Both the position numbers and the translations under genes were made by a program. The notes beneath the pieces were generated by a model. The model saw only the letters and a list, made by a program, of their open reading frames with translations, was not told the origin of the DNA and did no database searches. 64,000 nt of DNA from Polymyxa betae A26-41. Lineage: Eukaryota; Protista; Endomyxa: Phytomyxea. Numbering within the stretch: the first letter of the stretch is position 1; each line of letters opens with the position of its first letter. The stretch covers positions 1 to 64,000 of the forward strand of contig RBZT01000646.1 in the NCBI GenBank assembly GCA_003693705.1, given 5' to 3'. This document shows positions 36,352-50,440 of this stretch, piece by piece.

Positions 36352-37483
36352 TTATGGCAATGCCTGGTAACATTCTGTGGCGGATCCACAATCTTGATAG
36401 CATTTTGAGACGGTTACGAACTGGTAATCTGAGAAACGCTGCTTCAACCAGGCAAGCATTCCTGTATGATACCACATGTCGTGCATCAGGATCATTTTTG
36501 ACGTCTGCCGCGGCGATTCGGTCTCGATGTTCGCCTGAATCTGATCGATACTCAAGCCTTGGTTTGGGTCAGCTTATTTTTCATTAGAGTTCAGAGTTTT
36601 CACCTCTCCAGTCATTGCTATCGACATTCCAAATCACTGATGTCAGACCTAACTTATTTAACTGCCCGTTTTTCTCTTCGTTTGTACTCCCAAACCTGAA
36701 AAGGCTTAATACGTGCATTAATGAACCGACACAATATTACGGCGGTCTTAGCATTGTGAATGATGTTTTCGATGCTTCAACGTGGCATCTGTTGGCAAGC
36801 CAGTCTCTACAACTTTTCACTTCGTGTTCGATATTAGTAGTGGGCAACGTCAGATCTACATGATTCCAGGTGTGCCATTGGACTTCGTGCCCTGACACAA
36901 GTTAGGCGTATTTTTCACATTTCTATCGCCGCGACCTTCATTGAGCATTCGTCTGACAAGCTCACATTCTCGGGGTCCATAGTGTCCGCCGTTGGAACCT
37001 GGAGCAATGAAGAAAGTGGCTACGAGCCCGTTAGCTTTTAGTTCATCGAGTACATGTGCCGTTGCTGGGTATCCGTCGACATTGTTATTGATAGTCCAAG
37101 GACCTACAAAATTGGACATGTGAGATCCTTCCAAAATCGCAGCTGCCTGGTACCATCATCGAAGGTTAACTACATAGAATCAGCGGAAAGCAGAACCAAC
37201 AATAGAAACATACAGCTACGTATTTGTGTTCACCACAATGTGATACGACGCCAGGCGGCAATGGCTCTGGTGCAGGCGTTGATTGCTGCGGCTGTGCAGC
37301 CGTTGATAGCTCCGGTGCAAGCGTTGGTTTGAGAATTGCTCTGTCAGGAGATGGTGTGGTGGTGTTCGACGCTCTAAACAAGGCACCGGTTGGATTTCCT
37401 CGTAAGGTTAAATAGACGATAACCCCAGCTAGCGCTAAGATTCCTACACAAACGAGTACTCCAACCTTTCGTCTCGTTGACAT
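36352..37483 (-). CDS. Membrane-anchored polysaccharide (chitin) deacetylase, CE4/NodB family
   Basis: N-terminal TM and Pro/Thr stalk. After splicing, motifs LTFDDGP, ATFF, HTWNH, RPPFG, WNVDSNDW and LMHD are all present. Confidence 0.85.
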
Positions 37484-37796
37484 TTTTGGCAAGGTCTGGA
37501 ACTGAGGCACGCGTCATGCTACCATCATCGTCACTTCTACATGACGGTGGAAAAAATCTTTGACAATTATTTAGACACGGTAAAAGTTCCATTAAATTAA
37601 CATGACAACCATGAATGCATCCTTTAACACAGATTAATTGTAACAGTTTCGTTGATTTGGATGATTAGCGCTTCATCGGCGATCAGCAGAATAATCATAT
37701 TCTGAACTGTTTGAATTACAACTAAAGCAGTCCATGGCTCTTCCAACAGAAACGGCAGATAGCGTTCACGATTGAAGCATATGAGGTGCTTCCCAT

Positions 37797-38941
37797 TTAA
37801 TGTGATGTATCGGAATCAGTTTTCAGGTCCATATTAACTGGGGCGCCCCAAAGCTCGGCCATTTTTCTGGCGATACAATCTAGATCTTCGAAGGCATCGC
37901 TGATTGTGCTTTTCTGAAGCTGAAACTTCAAATCTGTGGCCTCGTCGTCTTCGGGCTCTTCGATCTTCACGTATTCTAATTCTTTCGCTCGACGAGCAGC
38001 TTCGATTTGTGACTCCAGAAGCGCTGCTCGTGTGGGATGTTCGGATCTCATATACCTAACAAGAAACTCATATCGACGATTACAACAAAACAAAGACTTA
38101 CTCTATCGTGGGAAGTCGGCCATCGGGTATGAGCGTCCCCCAATCCAAAGTTCGTTTTCCGGTTTTAACGAAGACGTACTTCCTATAGAGCTCTAGCTCA
38201 GTTTCAGTATTCTTCTTCGATTCCAAAGTTTCCTGAACGCGTTTGAGTGCGATATCATTTTCCTTTTTGGCAACAGATAGCTCCTGCTGCAATTGCTTCA
38301 CTTGCGAGCGTAGATTTAAGAGTTCCTGGTCGCAAGCATCTGAAGCACGCACTCGTTCGGCTCCAATAAGCATAACCAAGGACATCGCAGCATCATCATA
38401 GCGTCGAAATAAACTTGCTAGCAAATTCGCTGTTTGATTTTGAACAGACAGCTTCGGCAAGATGTGATTAAGACAGCATGCATACAGATTACGCTTTCCT
38501 ATCAAAGCTTTAGAATGAGAAATTTTACTACCAACAAGAATCTCCCAGGCAACGAAGCGGTTATGAACAAATCCGCTTACTTCGAAATGCACCAATTGAA
38601 GGCGGGACATTGTCAAGCTCATTAGAGAGCGATTCAAGAACATGTATGACAGGGGCTATACGATTACAGGCAAGCTTAGGGCGGGTTTTACTTTCTTCAA
38701 GAGCGGCATTGAATTCTTCAACTGCTCTCCCATCTACGGCTATGCTGTCATAGTTTCGGTATAGTAATCTCGGGAGAAGCTTGACAGGGCGTCGTCCAGA
38801 GCCAGGCGTTGGGCGAGTTCGATACAAGAATGCAGATGGGGTCTGCGATAGTTGAAAGTTATGCTGTGAACGAAGATCGGGTAGACCATGTAAAACCGGC
38901 GTTGAATGGCATCGTAAGATGTCTGCAACTGATTCCCTCAT
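37797..38941 (-). CDS. Hypothetical coiled-coil protein, multi-exon
   Basis: Successive minus-strand coding segments joined by GT..AG introns, with heptad-rich LRSQVKQLQQELSVAKKE. The 5' end is uncertain. Confidence 0.45.
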
Positions 38942-39409
38942 TTATAGTACGGTCACGATATACACATTAGGATACTTTGAGAAAGAATCAAGATGTATAA
39001 CCGTCGCTAGATAGAGATTTTTGCGATGAAACTGATCACGATGCTGGGTGCGTGAGAGCACCCAACGCCATCGCAATCCAACAGAAACCCAACCACAGCA
39101 AGGCATCGCCTGAATTCAGTGAGATGTGAAGATTAAGGACATAGCGGTCGATCTTCACTTGACCATCGCCGTCCTGACCTTCAGGAAGAGAGAACGCTCC
39201 GAAGGTGCCCCTGGAGGCCCGCCTCGAACAGGCGCTGCCTCGAAGGGGGTTGCGGACTTTCTGTGATTTCGATCGAAGGTCCTGCCTGGCTGTATCTTTG
39301 CCAGTAGTGATCACAGCTGATAAACCCGGTCAGCCTGTTGGCGCTTCACAGTTCTCTGTCACTCTAGCAAACTGTTGCAGACAACCGACTATTCACTTTG
39401 CATAGCAAT

Positions 39410-40688
<1,279 letters not shown>

Positions 40689-40775
40689 ACGCGGGATCGC
40701 GATTGTCTGAACCGAAGTTGTTATGATAAAATGTTCGATTATGAGACATTATAGATGAACAATATGGATAAATGA

Positions 40776-42071
40776 TTAAGCCGCCTGCTTGCAATCTTCT
40801 GACCGCCCTACTTTCTCTGGATGTATGGTTACCGAGGATACGCCAGATGATTTCAGAATAGCCTATCCATACAACTCAGCAACAACCCTATATAGAACTG
40901 TAGCAAGACATACAGTGAAATGACTCATCGTAAGAGATATATCGGCATCCTCAGACAACATAACGTGCATAGACGCTATGACCTTGTCGCTGGTAAGAGT
41001 CCATACATGGAAGTGGTGAATGCCAACAACACCATCCCTGGACAGTAATTTAGCAACAACGCTCTTCACATCGATGGCTTTAGGCGTTTGCTGCAGCAGA
41101 ATGGCAATAGCATCTCGCATCAGAGGGACCGTTGCAAATGCCAGCAGGAATACAATAAGAATGGAGAATACGGGATCAGCGACGAATCTATGATGGAAAC
41201 TGGTAAACTTGATGAAAAGGCATGAGGCCAGCACACCAACAGAACCAAGGCCATCAGCAGCAACATGCAATAGCACACCTGATGCAAAGGCTAAATAACT
41301 TGAATAAATATGCAAAGAGAACAGTACCTTGCATATTTTTATTTTCTAGAGCACTGGTTGTAGATTTTTCGCCCGAATCATTGGTGGTCGAATGCTTTCC
41401 AGTTCCAAGAATGATAATTCCTGGACGCAACATCAATCAATTCAGAATTACAGAGCTTATAGAAACCCTTACCTAACACGTTCAATAACAGCCCACCGAT
41501 CGAAACCCACAAAATAACGTCCACATTCATCTTTTGAGGAGGCTCATATTCCATAATTTTTTGGATTGCGTCTATGGTGATTGTCAAGCAGATAGCCAGC
41601 ATGAATGTGGAATTGACTAATCCTCCAACAACTTCACACCTAGTCCTATGAGAATAAATGGATATCCGAGGCGATCCGATTTCTTCTTGTAACCTACCAT
41701 CCAAAGGTGTTATATTCGCTGGCGTGTTTTCTCGATAATCGCATAGCGCATAACCCAATGCACATAGCAATTAAATCAGAAAACATGTGCATAGCATCGG
41801 CGACAAGGGCCAGCGATTGGTAACGGATGCCGATGTAAATCTCGACGACAAAATATGACAATGTTAAGAGCAGAACGGCATAGAAACGGTAATCGTTGTT
41901 CTTGTCAAGCGTAGAAACGGTAGCGACGTTTTGGGGAACAGCAAAGTAATGGTTCGCTTGAAAGAATGCTACAGAATCGGAACTGGTAATCAACATGGGC
42001 GAAGAATCATTGGGTGAGCCTTCGACCTCAAAGGCCACCGTATCTTGACCTGCCCTGGATGATTGCTGCAT
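40776..42071 (-). CDS. Cation diffusion facilitator zinc transporter (ZnT/SLC30)
   Basis: SLALVADAMHMFSD, TFGW.R.EVVGGLVN, NMQGVLLHVAADGLGS, DPVFSI, LLQQTP and HHFHVW motifs, giving an HD-HD transport site. Confidence 0.9.
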
Positions 42072-42458
42072 CGGGTGGAATTAGAAAATCACGGACGTCA
42101 CAATCTGAGAGTCGTTAAGATGAATGAGTACGCCCGAAACAACGATACGATTAAGACCTGTATCAAGGTCAGGCAAGTCAAAGGCTGAAAGGCTACGGCG
42201 TCGATAGCGGAAGTTTAATACGCCCCGATTAATCAGCTTTCAATGCGAACCATAACAACTTTGATGCTGACCGTTCCCAACTCTGGCGTATTTCTGAAGA
42301 TTGCAGGTATTAACTATTTGCGCAAGGCTCGGTCGAGATGGCATTCGAGACCGTGCTATCGCTTCTAGCCGCACGAATGCAAATAATTCCAAGATTTCAT
42401 TAGTTTAATAGATAAAGTGAATGTGTTGCAAAGCGGTGTGATTTGTACATGAACGATG

Positions 42459-45375
42459 CTAGCATGACTGTGGTAATGTACCAGACGTTACGGGAGCTAC
42501 TGGATCAGAAGGGAATTGCAAACTCGCAAGTGAAAGCGGAGATATTGGAACTGACTTGTTTGGAGTTTGACGTCCAGAACTTCCAGCTGAGCCTAAAGAG
42601 CATTAAGCTGAGAATCCAGAGGTAGGAAATCTGTCAACAAACCTGCCGGCCGTGAACGGCCGTTTTGCAAGAACAATAATGCATCATCCTCTTCATTCTG
42701 CGGGTATTTGTATTTACAAGATAGATCAAGATGTTCAACGCAATATTCCAGGAATCTGAACAACCACGTTTAACCACTTTTTGACAAAACACATCGCTCG
42801 ATTACTTGGCCTCGTGTTGTGCATTTTTCATCATCTGCATGGGATCAATAGATGCAGGACACCTCAGAACAGAAGGAACCAAGACAATGCAAAGGTTAGA
42901 TGCTGACATCCGATTCTGAGGCGTAGCATCAATTACGATAGGAGTAACGCGATTTAGTCAAAATTAACCTCATTTTGGTTAGCTGAAAACTGGCGTATTA
43001 AATGAACAACGGCAGCAAAAAGTAGGGCATTGCTCGGATTAATCTCATCCAGAATGGCTTCTAAAGCCAAAGCAGACGGTGCTTCTGGAGACTTGCCTAT
43101 GTTCACACATCTCTGATACGAGTTAAGCAAAACATCAGAGAGGATAAAATGGTAGCTCACTTGATAGAATTTGTCCTCTGGAATTACCGGTGTCGTCAAT
43201 TCACGCATCCATTTTTTTAATAAAGCAGCACACGCATGAACAGAAACATCTGAATCCAGGAATAGGTCTCCTGAATCTATCTGAACAAATCTGGCTGTTA
43301 GAGACATTTAATATATAGCAAACGAATCTAACCTGCCTAGCAAGGTCGACAACGACTGATGACTCTGGAGATACTCTAAATATTCCCTCCGCTCCCAAAC
43401 CACCTAGCAATATTAATCATCTTATAACTGACGATTTCTACTAGGAAAATAACCTGATCTAATCGTGGCGGCTTTGAGGATCGTGAAAATATTAGGCAAT
43501 GTGTGTTCCGGATAGAAATTCCCCTCGCGCTGGGAATCCATGATTGATTGGAGCGAAGTCTTGAACATACAGCCTAAATCGACAGTTGAGACAATGGCTG
43601 CTAATAGCAGATAGAGAAAAGTTTTTACATTGCTGATCGGACATGTTTGTTACCTGGTTAATTCTGTCCAAAGAGACAAACAATTCATATTGGAAGAGAT
43701 CCAGACGACGAGAGCCTTCAGCATACTGAGAAGCCTGAGCGAATGTCACACAGTAACAGAGGCAATGTCAAATCACTACAGTATTGATACAGAATCCCTG
43801 AATGTCTTTGGACACATCAATCAAGGAACAAGATTTCGCTAATTGTTCCGATAAGATGAGATAACGTTTTGACATCGGAATAAAAAGTCGTCCAAATGCT
43901 TCTAAATGTCCTCTTATGGAGTTGATCCTCATTTCTTCTAATGACTGCATTTCTGAGAGAAGGTCCGGAATTTCCCTCGAGGTATAAGAGTGAAGCATAT
44001 GATTCGACACTTGAATTTCATCAGAATACGAAGCACCTACAGAACAATCTGAGCTCGAGCGTCTGAAGAGCTGCTCAGGCTTACACGTTTTCTGCAAAAG
44101 AGCAGAATTTCGTATCTTTGCTTCTTCTTGTTTTCCTAAGAGATTGGCAGCTCGACTTCCAATTTTATGAAACACTTTCCCGCTTCGGTTGGACAATGGA
44201 CGTTCTGATGACTCGTCCAGACCCAACTCTGGCCCATAAGTGCTTAACATACGCAAACACTCCTGTTGATCGGAATAGTAATCAGATTAGAAGTTTTACA
44301 AAGTTGAAGATGGGACCTGCTTTTTCTTTTCCATAAGTTGCCTCCTATTGTCCATCGCTTGAGTAATATTCTTCTCAGTCTCAATAATTCGCGATAATAT
44401 TGGCTTAGCGATTTCTTCGAAAGTCTGAAGAGGTTCCACCACACTTAGTCGAGCTTCACTTGCAAACCAAGTATGGATCTGTGACAATTCTTCGGCTTTG
44501 TCAAACAGATCCATAACGGCACCGCCACAAGCGACCTGCATTAGCGAAGTCAGAAAGTGGAAGCCGAACCAAAGCATGTCGATCACCATAAAATCAGGTT
44601 TCCTCCAGGCTGAAATTTTCTTCTTTTCGGATTTGACAAGGTTGCCAACCTCGACGGCAAAATCTTGCTGAAGTTGGCAAAGTTTTAGTACAAACTACGA
44701 TCAGCGTTAGAGCGAATTTCGGATGCAAGAGTGGCGAATTAACCTGTTTTAATCGATACACTTCAGCCATTCCAGTATCCAGCTGGTCTTTTACTTTGTC
44801 GAAAGCATGAGGAAGAGCTTCTGCGAAATTCGATGGCTAATTAGCGATTAAAGGACTTCACTGCATTTAGTTAAAAAAACGATACCACGAATTTCGGAAT
44901 TTCGGGAACAATTACATGTGCAAGCTCAGACGGTGAGTATCTGCCAGATGACGCGACCTGCTGGGTTGGAAAGCCCTCAAAGTTTGACGATTCAGTCTCT
45001 AAAACTGGGCAAGAAATGCGATCTCTAATAACATTCAACGATTATGAGCGCTCATGAAGACAGCCTACAAGTTGATGCGAGGCAGCAGAGATTCCTCAAG
45101 AATGCTTCCGGTTGAATTCCTGCTTGACAAACGCGTCTGCAAAGGTTTCTCGGTGACCTGAATCGCATCTTCACTGGCACGATGTTTCAGAATCTTGGGC
45201 GAGTTATCGGCAGGTGTCGCCCGCGCAACTCGGTGCCTCACACACGAATGCGAGCATTGGCATTCGGTTGGATTCGTGGCCGACGCTGCGAATCTGGAAC
45301 ACTCTACAGCCCTCCTTAAGACCCAGTGAAGCTGCGAGGACAGAACTCACCACAGCCGGGCTCGCGACAAGACAT
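42459..45375 (-). CDS. F-BAR + RhoGAP domain protein with an N-terminal Cys/His motif
   Basis: RhoGAP motifs GGLGAEGIFRVS, AALLKKWMRELTTPVIP and NRMSASNLCIVLVP. An upstream helical region (AFDKVKDQLDTG..., LQQDFA, MQSLEEMRI) is F-BAR-like. About 12 exons. Confidence 0.75.
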
Positions 45376-46121
45376 GACAAATGTTAATGGAAGATGGCGG
45401 TTGCGCCCCCTGCCTACTGTCGTTATCGACTACCCTTCGCTTCATATAACGTCACTGAGTGGAATGGATTCATTCCATAATCCGACTATGTTAGGAGTCG
45501 TTTCCACAACGACTTGCATTGACTGAGCAGACGAACTTTAGAACTGGATTTAGAACTGGATTTGGAAAGTCACATTCAGCGACAAGTTTTTCGTTTATGT
45601 CAAACTAAATGCTGTGTGCTATTAGAAAATCGGTTGGAGAGCTCCTATTTGGAGTCAGAATTTCAATAGGATCGTAGCAGTCGAGTTGCATAGATTATTG
45701 ATAACAATGCGTGTTCGGGAGGCATAGAATGGTAGCTTACATCTTCTCGATTGGTCTGACGAACCTGTTGTCGAACCGGACGCTGACCTTTGGACGTTAA
45801 GTAACAAGCAGTTCTGAGCCGTTATCTCCACTGATATTTGAGCCATGTGAGACAGGGAGCGCTCTGACTCAGATCGCAACAAGGCGCTCGCCTGTATCAT
45901 TTGAGGTTCCTTTTCGTTATCTGCGATCAGCGACCGTCCATTTATCGGCATTCATTCGCATCAGCATCGACCCGATGATGAATAGATTCCTCGAACTCTT
46001 GGTGCTTCGTGAGCTGTCGATATTCCGCGATGCTTTTTGTTGGGAAAACTACAAAAGTTCCCAGATGGGTAGCTAGGGGTATCAATCGAACAGAGAGGTG
46101 CATCCAGCGGGTATGACAGTT

Positions 46122-46571
46122 TTAATTATTCTGATCGTTGAGTTCGTCCCATTCGTCTAGGAACTCCTTCACGCTCTGAGATGAGAGCGATTTGAGCAGC
46201 TTCGTGGTTTTGTCGTTGAACTCCTCCAAGCGGATCGGGACCGCAGTCTGCAGCGAGTAGTGATCGGTATGTTCGTGATAGAGGCAAAGATCGTCGGGCA
46301 GCTGCATGCCTTCTGGAAATCGATAGATTCGCGGCTCGCCCTTGAACGCCGTCAGAATGCCAAGCATGTTTTCACCAGCGGGTCTCAAGCTCATGCCGTT
46401 CGGTGTATGGAACACGTCGCCCGTCATCGGCAAATACAACCCGTTGTCGTCCAGTTTCAGGTCGAACGACGATCGGCTTTTCAGTCGCTGCGTTTGAAAA
46501 TCCCGCAGCGACACCGGCAACCGCGCCTGGATTCGGTACAGCGTGACCGGGACCCTGGTGTAGCGCTTCAT
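46122..46571 (-). CDS. Tse2-like ADP-ribosyltransferase-fold toxin domain protein
   Basis: Intronless, GC-rich 149-aa ORF with TLYRIQ..LRD, PNGMSLRP and IY..PEG..LPDDL.L.HEHTDHYSLQ motifs, recalled from the Tse2 ADPRT family. Confidence 0.7.
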   Translation of the reverse strand: MKRYTRVPVTLYRIQARLPVSLRDFQTQRLKSRSSFDLKLDDNGLYLPMTGDVFHTPNGMSLRPAGENMLGILTAFKGEPRIYRFPEGMQLPDDLCLYHEHTDHYSLQTAVPIRLEEFNDKTTKLLKSLSSQSVKEFLDEWDELNDQNN

Positions 46572-47361
46572 TTCTGCACTGGCTGATCACAATCTGAAAT
46601 GCGTCAAGGACACCGGTAGCCCTCATCGCCTACGCAGATGTGAGGCCGTATCCACCTTACCAACTCACACTTTCTTGTATCCCTATCTGAGCACGAGATC
46701 AGAATATCATTTAGCTCTAGGCAAATCCAAACTTGATTAAAAGAGTCCTAGATATCACAGTTTTTATTCCATTTTCAAGCTATCGATGCGAGGAGTCAAA
46801 TTGTTCGCTCTAATGTTAGAATTGAACTAAGAGCCTAATGTCGCTATTGGCGTTCAAAGAAGCCATGTTGGCTTACCGTGCATCTGCTGCTTTGCTGATG
46901 CAGAAACAGCGATCGAATCGAGCATGTCGTTACAGCATCATTAAAAGCCAATGCAGATCTGCAAAACTGCTCAGGGCAATGAAGTTATGTAAATACGAGC
47001 GTCCATTGAAGAGTAGACGCGTACGATTCGCCAGGCTCTCTTTGGCAATGTGGTGTTCAATCAAGCAGCCGCCACGAGCGCCATCATTCTTCTGACTCGT
47101 GCTTTCGACATGATGCAACCAGTGCCTGGATGGAACGCATCAAGGCGAGGCTTCGTTGGCCAGCTAGGATAACTACTTTCGTAACATTTGACGTCGTGTG
47201 CCCAATTATGGTCCAAACTCAAGCTTCGATTGTGTGCCAGCCATGGGAACTGGGGTAATCGTAACAATCCAGTTTTTGAAGCTGAACAGAATTTCGTATA
47301 GTTTATAAAAGCATACATTGAGATTAAGGACATTGGTATGATTTCTGTTGAGGAGCAGGAT

Positions 47362-50220
47362 TTATCTATACAGGAACAGCCGTTCAATGTTAGATTGCAA
47401 CGTTTCAACTGAAGCGTCAATAATGACAGAAGCGTTTTTGGCAGTCAAAGAAACAGCTGGATAAACAGGACCGGAGAGTTGGATGAAAGCAATCCCTTGG
47501 CTAGTGCCGTTTTTGAAAAACTCTAATGTCAAGTTGTCGAAATCCATTAATACTCCTATTCTATCGCCTTTGCCATATTTGGTCCCGTAGCTAGTGGTTC
47601 GACCTATAGACAATTGAGAATGACGAGTGAAATCGGTTTAGATGAATGAGAACCTGAATCAAAGCCTTTGCCTCCAGTTCCAGCAAAATAGCCCCATGAA
47701 GCTTGTGCTCCTATCCAAAGCTTCTGATGACTGAAATCGTACGTTTTCGGAATAACACCAACACAGATCTTCCAACTATTCGTTGTAGAAGGGCATTCCT
47801 GTGAGCGGATCAATTCTGAAACCTAAAGGATGCTGTTCCCAAAACCTCAATAAACACTTCAAAATATCTTCTGCCAGTGGAATATGGAAGCAAACCACCA
47901 CAAGCCCGCCATTTGTCTTTGGAACCAAGATTTTTGACACGAAGGCACTGATTTTCCAAAACGAGATCGGAACTCAACTAAAAAATGTCAAGATAATGAA
48001 TACTTGAACGTCGATACGCCAACCTTAGCTCGATCCCAAACGTTAGAGAAATTCTGAATGACTCTTTGTAGAGTTAATTCTCTTTCTTGCGACTCTTTTA
48101 AGTATTTATGAACGAGGTCTGGTTCAGCTTCGCGAATCGTCACGCAGCTTCCCTAAATACAATTAAACCAAATAATAAGCTTCAGGCTCATTACAGTAGC
48201 AGTCATCGAGACGGCAGGGTGAACAGGTCCCTCTAGATTTCTGAATGCTACGCCTTGCGAGACTCCGTTTTTGAAAAATTCGACGGTTTTAGCATCAAAG
48301 CTGCAATACAATTGAACATTAAGGTAATTCATGCGGGTCAAGTGATCGACTTACTCTAGAAGAATACCAATGACATCACCATGCCCGAATTGATCGCCAT
48401 ATGGAGCGCTTTGTCCTGAATTGTTCGCTTTGCCTCCAGTACCGGCAATGTAAGCCCACGAGTCTGGTTTCAATGATCAATCGAATAACCCTCAAGAAGG
48501 CGATTCAACCTTGTGCTCCTACCCAGGCCCGGGCATGCGTGCATGAAAACGCAGCCGGAACGACGCCCACACAAAATCGCCAAGAATTCGTGCTTTTGGC
48601 GTCATTTTCAATCATGATTTCAACAAATTTCTTTCCCGAAGAATAGGAAACCAATGCCCTGTCGAAATTGTGATATCGCATTAGTTTGAGACTACAAATT
48701 TACCTGCATGTACGCCATTTGTCTCCAGACCCTTCATTGACAGCGCGCACGAGATTATCGTCTGGGTAATAGATTGCCTAAGTTTACGTATCAATAACTT
48801 CTGAAGCCATCTTGTGAAGTCGAACATAGTCTTTAGAGGCCGAAAAAGCGGCATCCCATGCATTTGAATTGGAGCTCTGGAGCTGAGTGGCAAGCTGCGA
48901 TTGAACCTCAGGGATTGTCATATTCGCCCAACGCAGCTTTCGTTGGTTCTCCATGGCGTAGAATCTGAGCAACGATCTCAATATGCTTATAAAAAAGGTG
49001 AAAAAGCAATGCTACTTTTGCATTATCGAAGCCATCTTTGCAGGCATATCATCGACGATTCGAACTTCTGAATCCTGAGAATCCTCAATTTGAAGAGAAT
49101 GTGCTTCCGAATGGCATAAGTTACTTTTGCCGTTAATGAAACCGCTAGATGAACGGGCCCAACCAAGTTATCAAACGCCACACCTTGAGAGGCACCGTTT
49201 TTGAAGAACTCGATTGTACCAGCAGTGAAATCGAGGGAAACCCCAATAACATCACCTTCGCCTATTCAAAATTGGATTCAGAACTAATCGTCGTTCGCCG
49301 GTAATAAGCACATGCCCCATTCAGCTCCGTAATCTAAGGATTTTCCGGAATCGTGGCATTTTCCTCCAGTACCAGAGACATAGGCCCATGATTTCTGACT
49401 TCCAACCCAGCGTCGGTCAGCGTTGATTTTAAAACCAATAGGGACAACGCCGAGGCAAATTTTCCATGTGTTTGACGTTTCAGGCAGCTTGACGACCTTA
49501 ACCGCTGTAAAATATTGGCCCCTAGCGGGCACTGGATGTAATGTATGAACAGTGCACCACTGGTCTAGCGATCCTGTGAACCATGAGCGATAGCAACAAT
49601 CATACTCAGTCAGAAAAACGAACCTTTATTCCTGGCTGTGAGTCCGTCAAGTTCCAATGGCACATCGATATGAGGAGAATTTTGCTCCAGCATCCAGCAG
49701 CGTCCCAATGCTGATAACTCTGCTATTCTAGCGAGTCGTGCCTCTTCTTTCAGTCTCGCCTAAGAATGTGTTACATTAACAATCACAAAGTGACGACATC
49801 AAACCTCTTCTTCCCGCTTTTTCTGTTCTTCTTCTTCAGCAAGTCGTTGCGCTTCACGTTTGGCGCGACTAACTTCCGTTTCTATTCAACTTTACATTAC
49901 GAGACCAGCGAGACGTAAAGACGGAAGGACAAACAACAGAAAGACCGAAAACCGAAAACTTGTACTATACACGAACCAATTGCTTTGAGAGTGACCTGCG
50001 AACTTGATTTTTTGTCCAACGCTTCCTTGAAGATATTGTCGTCCAGCGGTTCCCCTGTCGACTTGCGGAGTTCGAATTCATGGATCGTGAAAGCATGCCA
50101 CAAATGATATCTCGTAGTGACCTCAGCCAGAAGGTTATCTACTCGGACTGGATCCTTCAGCTGAATTGTGAGCTGGTCCTGGACCAGGTCAGTATCAACT
50201 GCCACCTGAACCCTAACCAT
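47362..50220 (-). CDS. Multi-SPRY (B30.2) domain protein, three SPRY repeats
   Basis: Three repeats of NxW..C.GV.P...W.G.Q.SW.Y..GTGGK...YG..G.GD.IG...DF...T.EFFKNG.SQG.AF..L.GPV. One intron (49262-49315) is GC-AG. Confidence 0.85.
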
Positions 50221-50440
50221 GACGAAGGATTTGGCTATCAAAGTGCAGTCAAGCAAAGAACTGCTCGACTGCAACCTCAACGTAAAGGCTGCGCCTCTTA
50301 GTCGAAGCTTCCCTTTCAAGTCCAGAACGGAACCGCATCATAATCACTCTCGTGTTCTTGCTGACAAAGCTACATGCCTATCTACATACATGTATAAGCA
50401 AACCACCTCGTCAATATCGTTCTATGGATGCCATCATCCC

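Noticed and set aside
46838-47300. Immunity gene for the Tse2-like toxin
   Set aside because: A basic, low-information ORF in divergent orientation with no similarity I can recognise.
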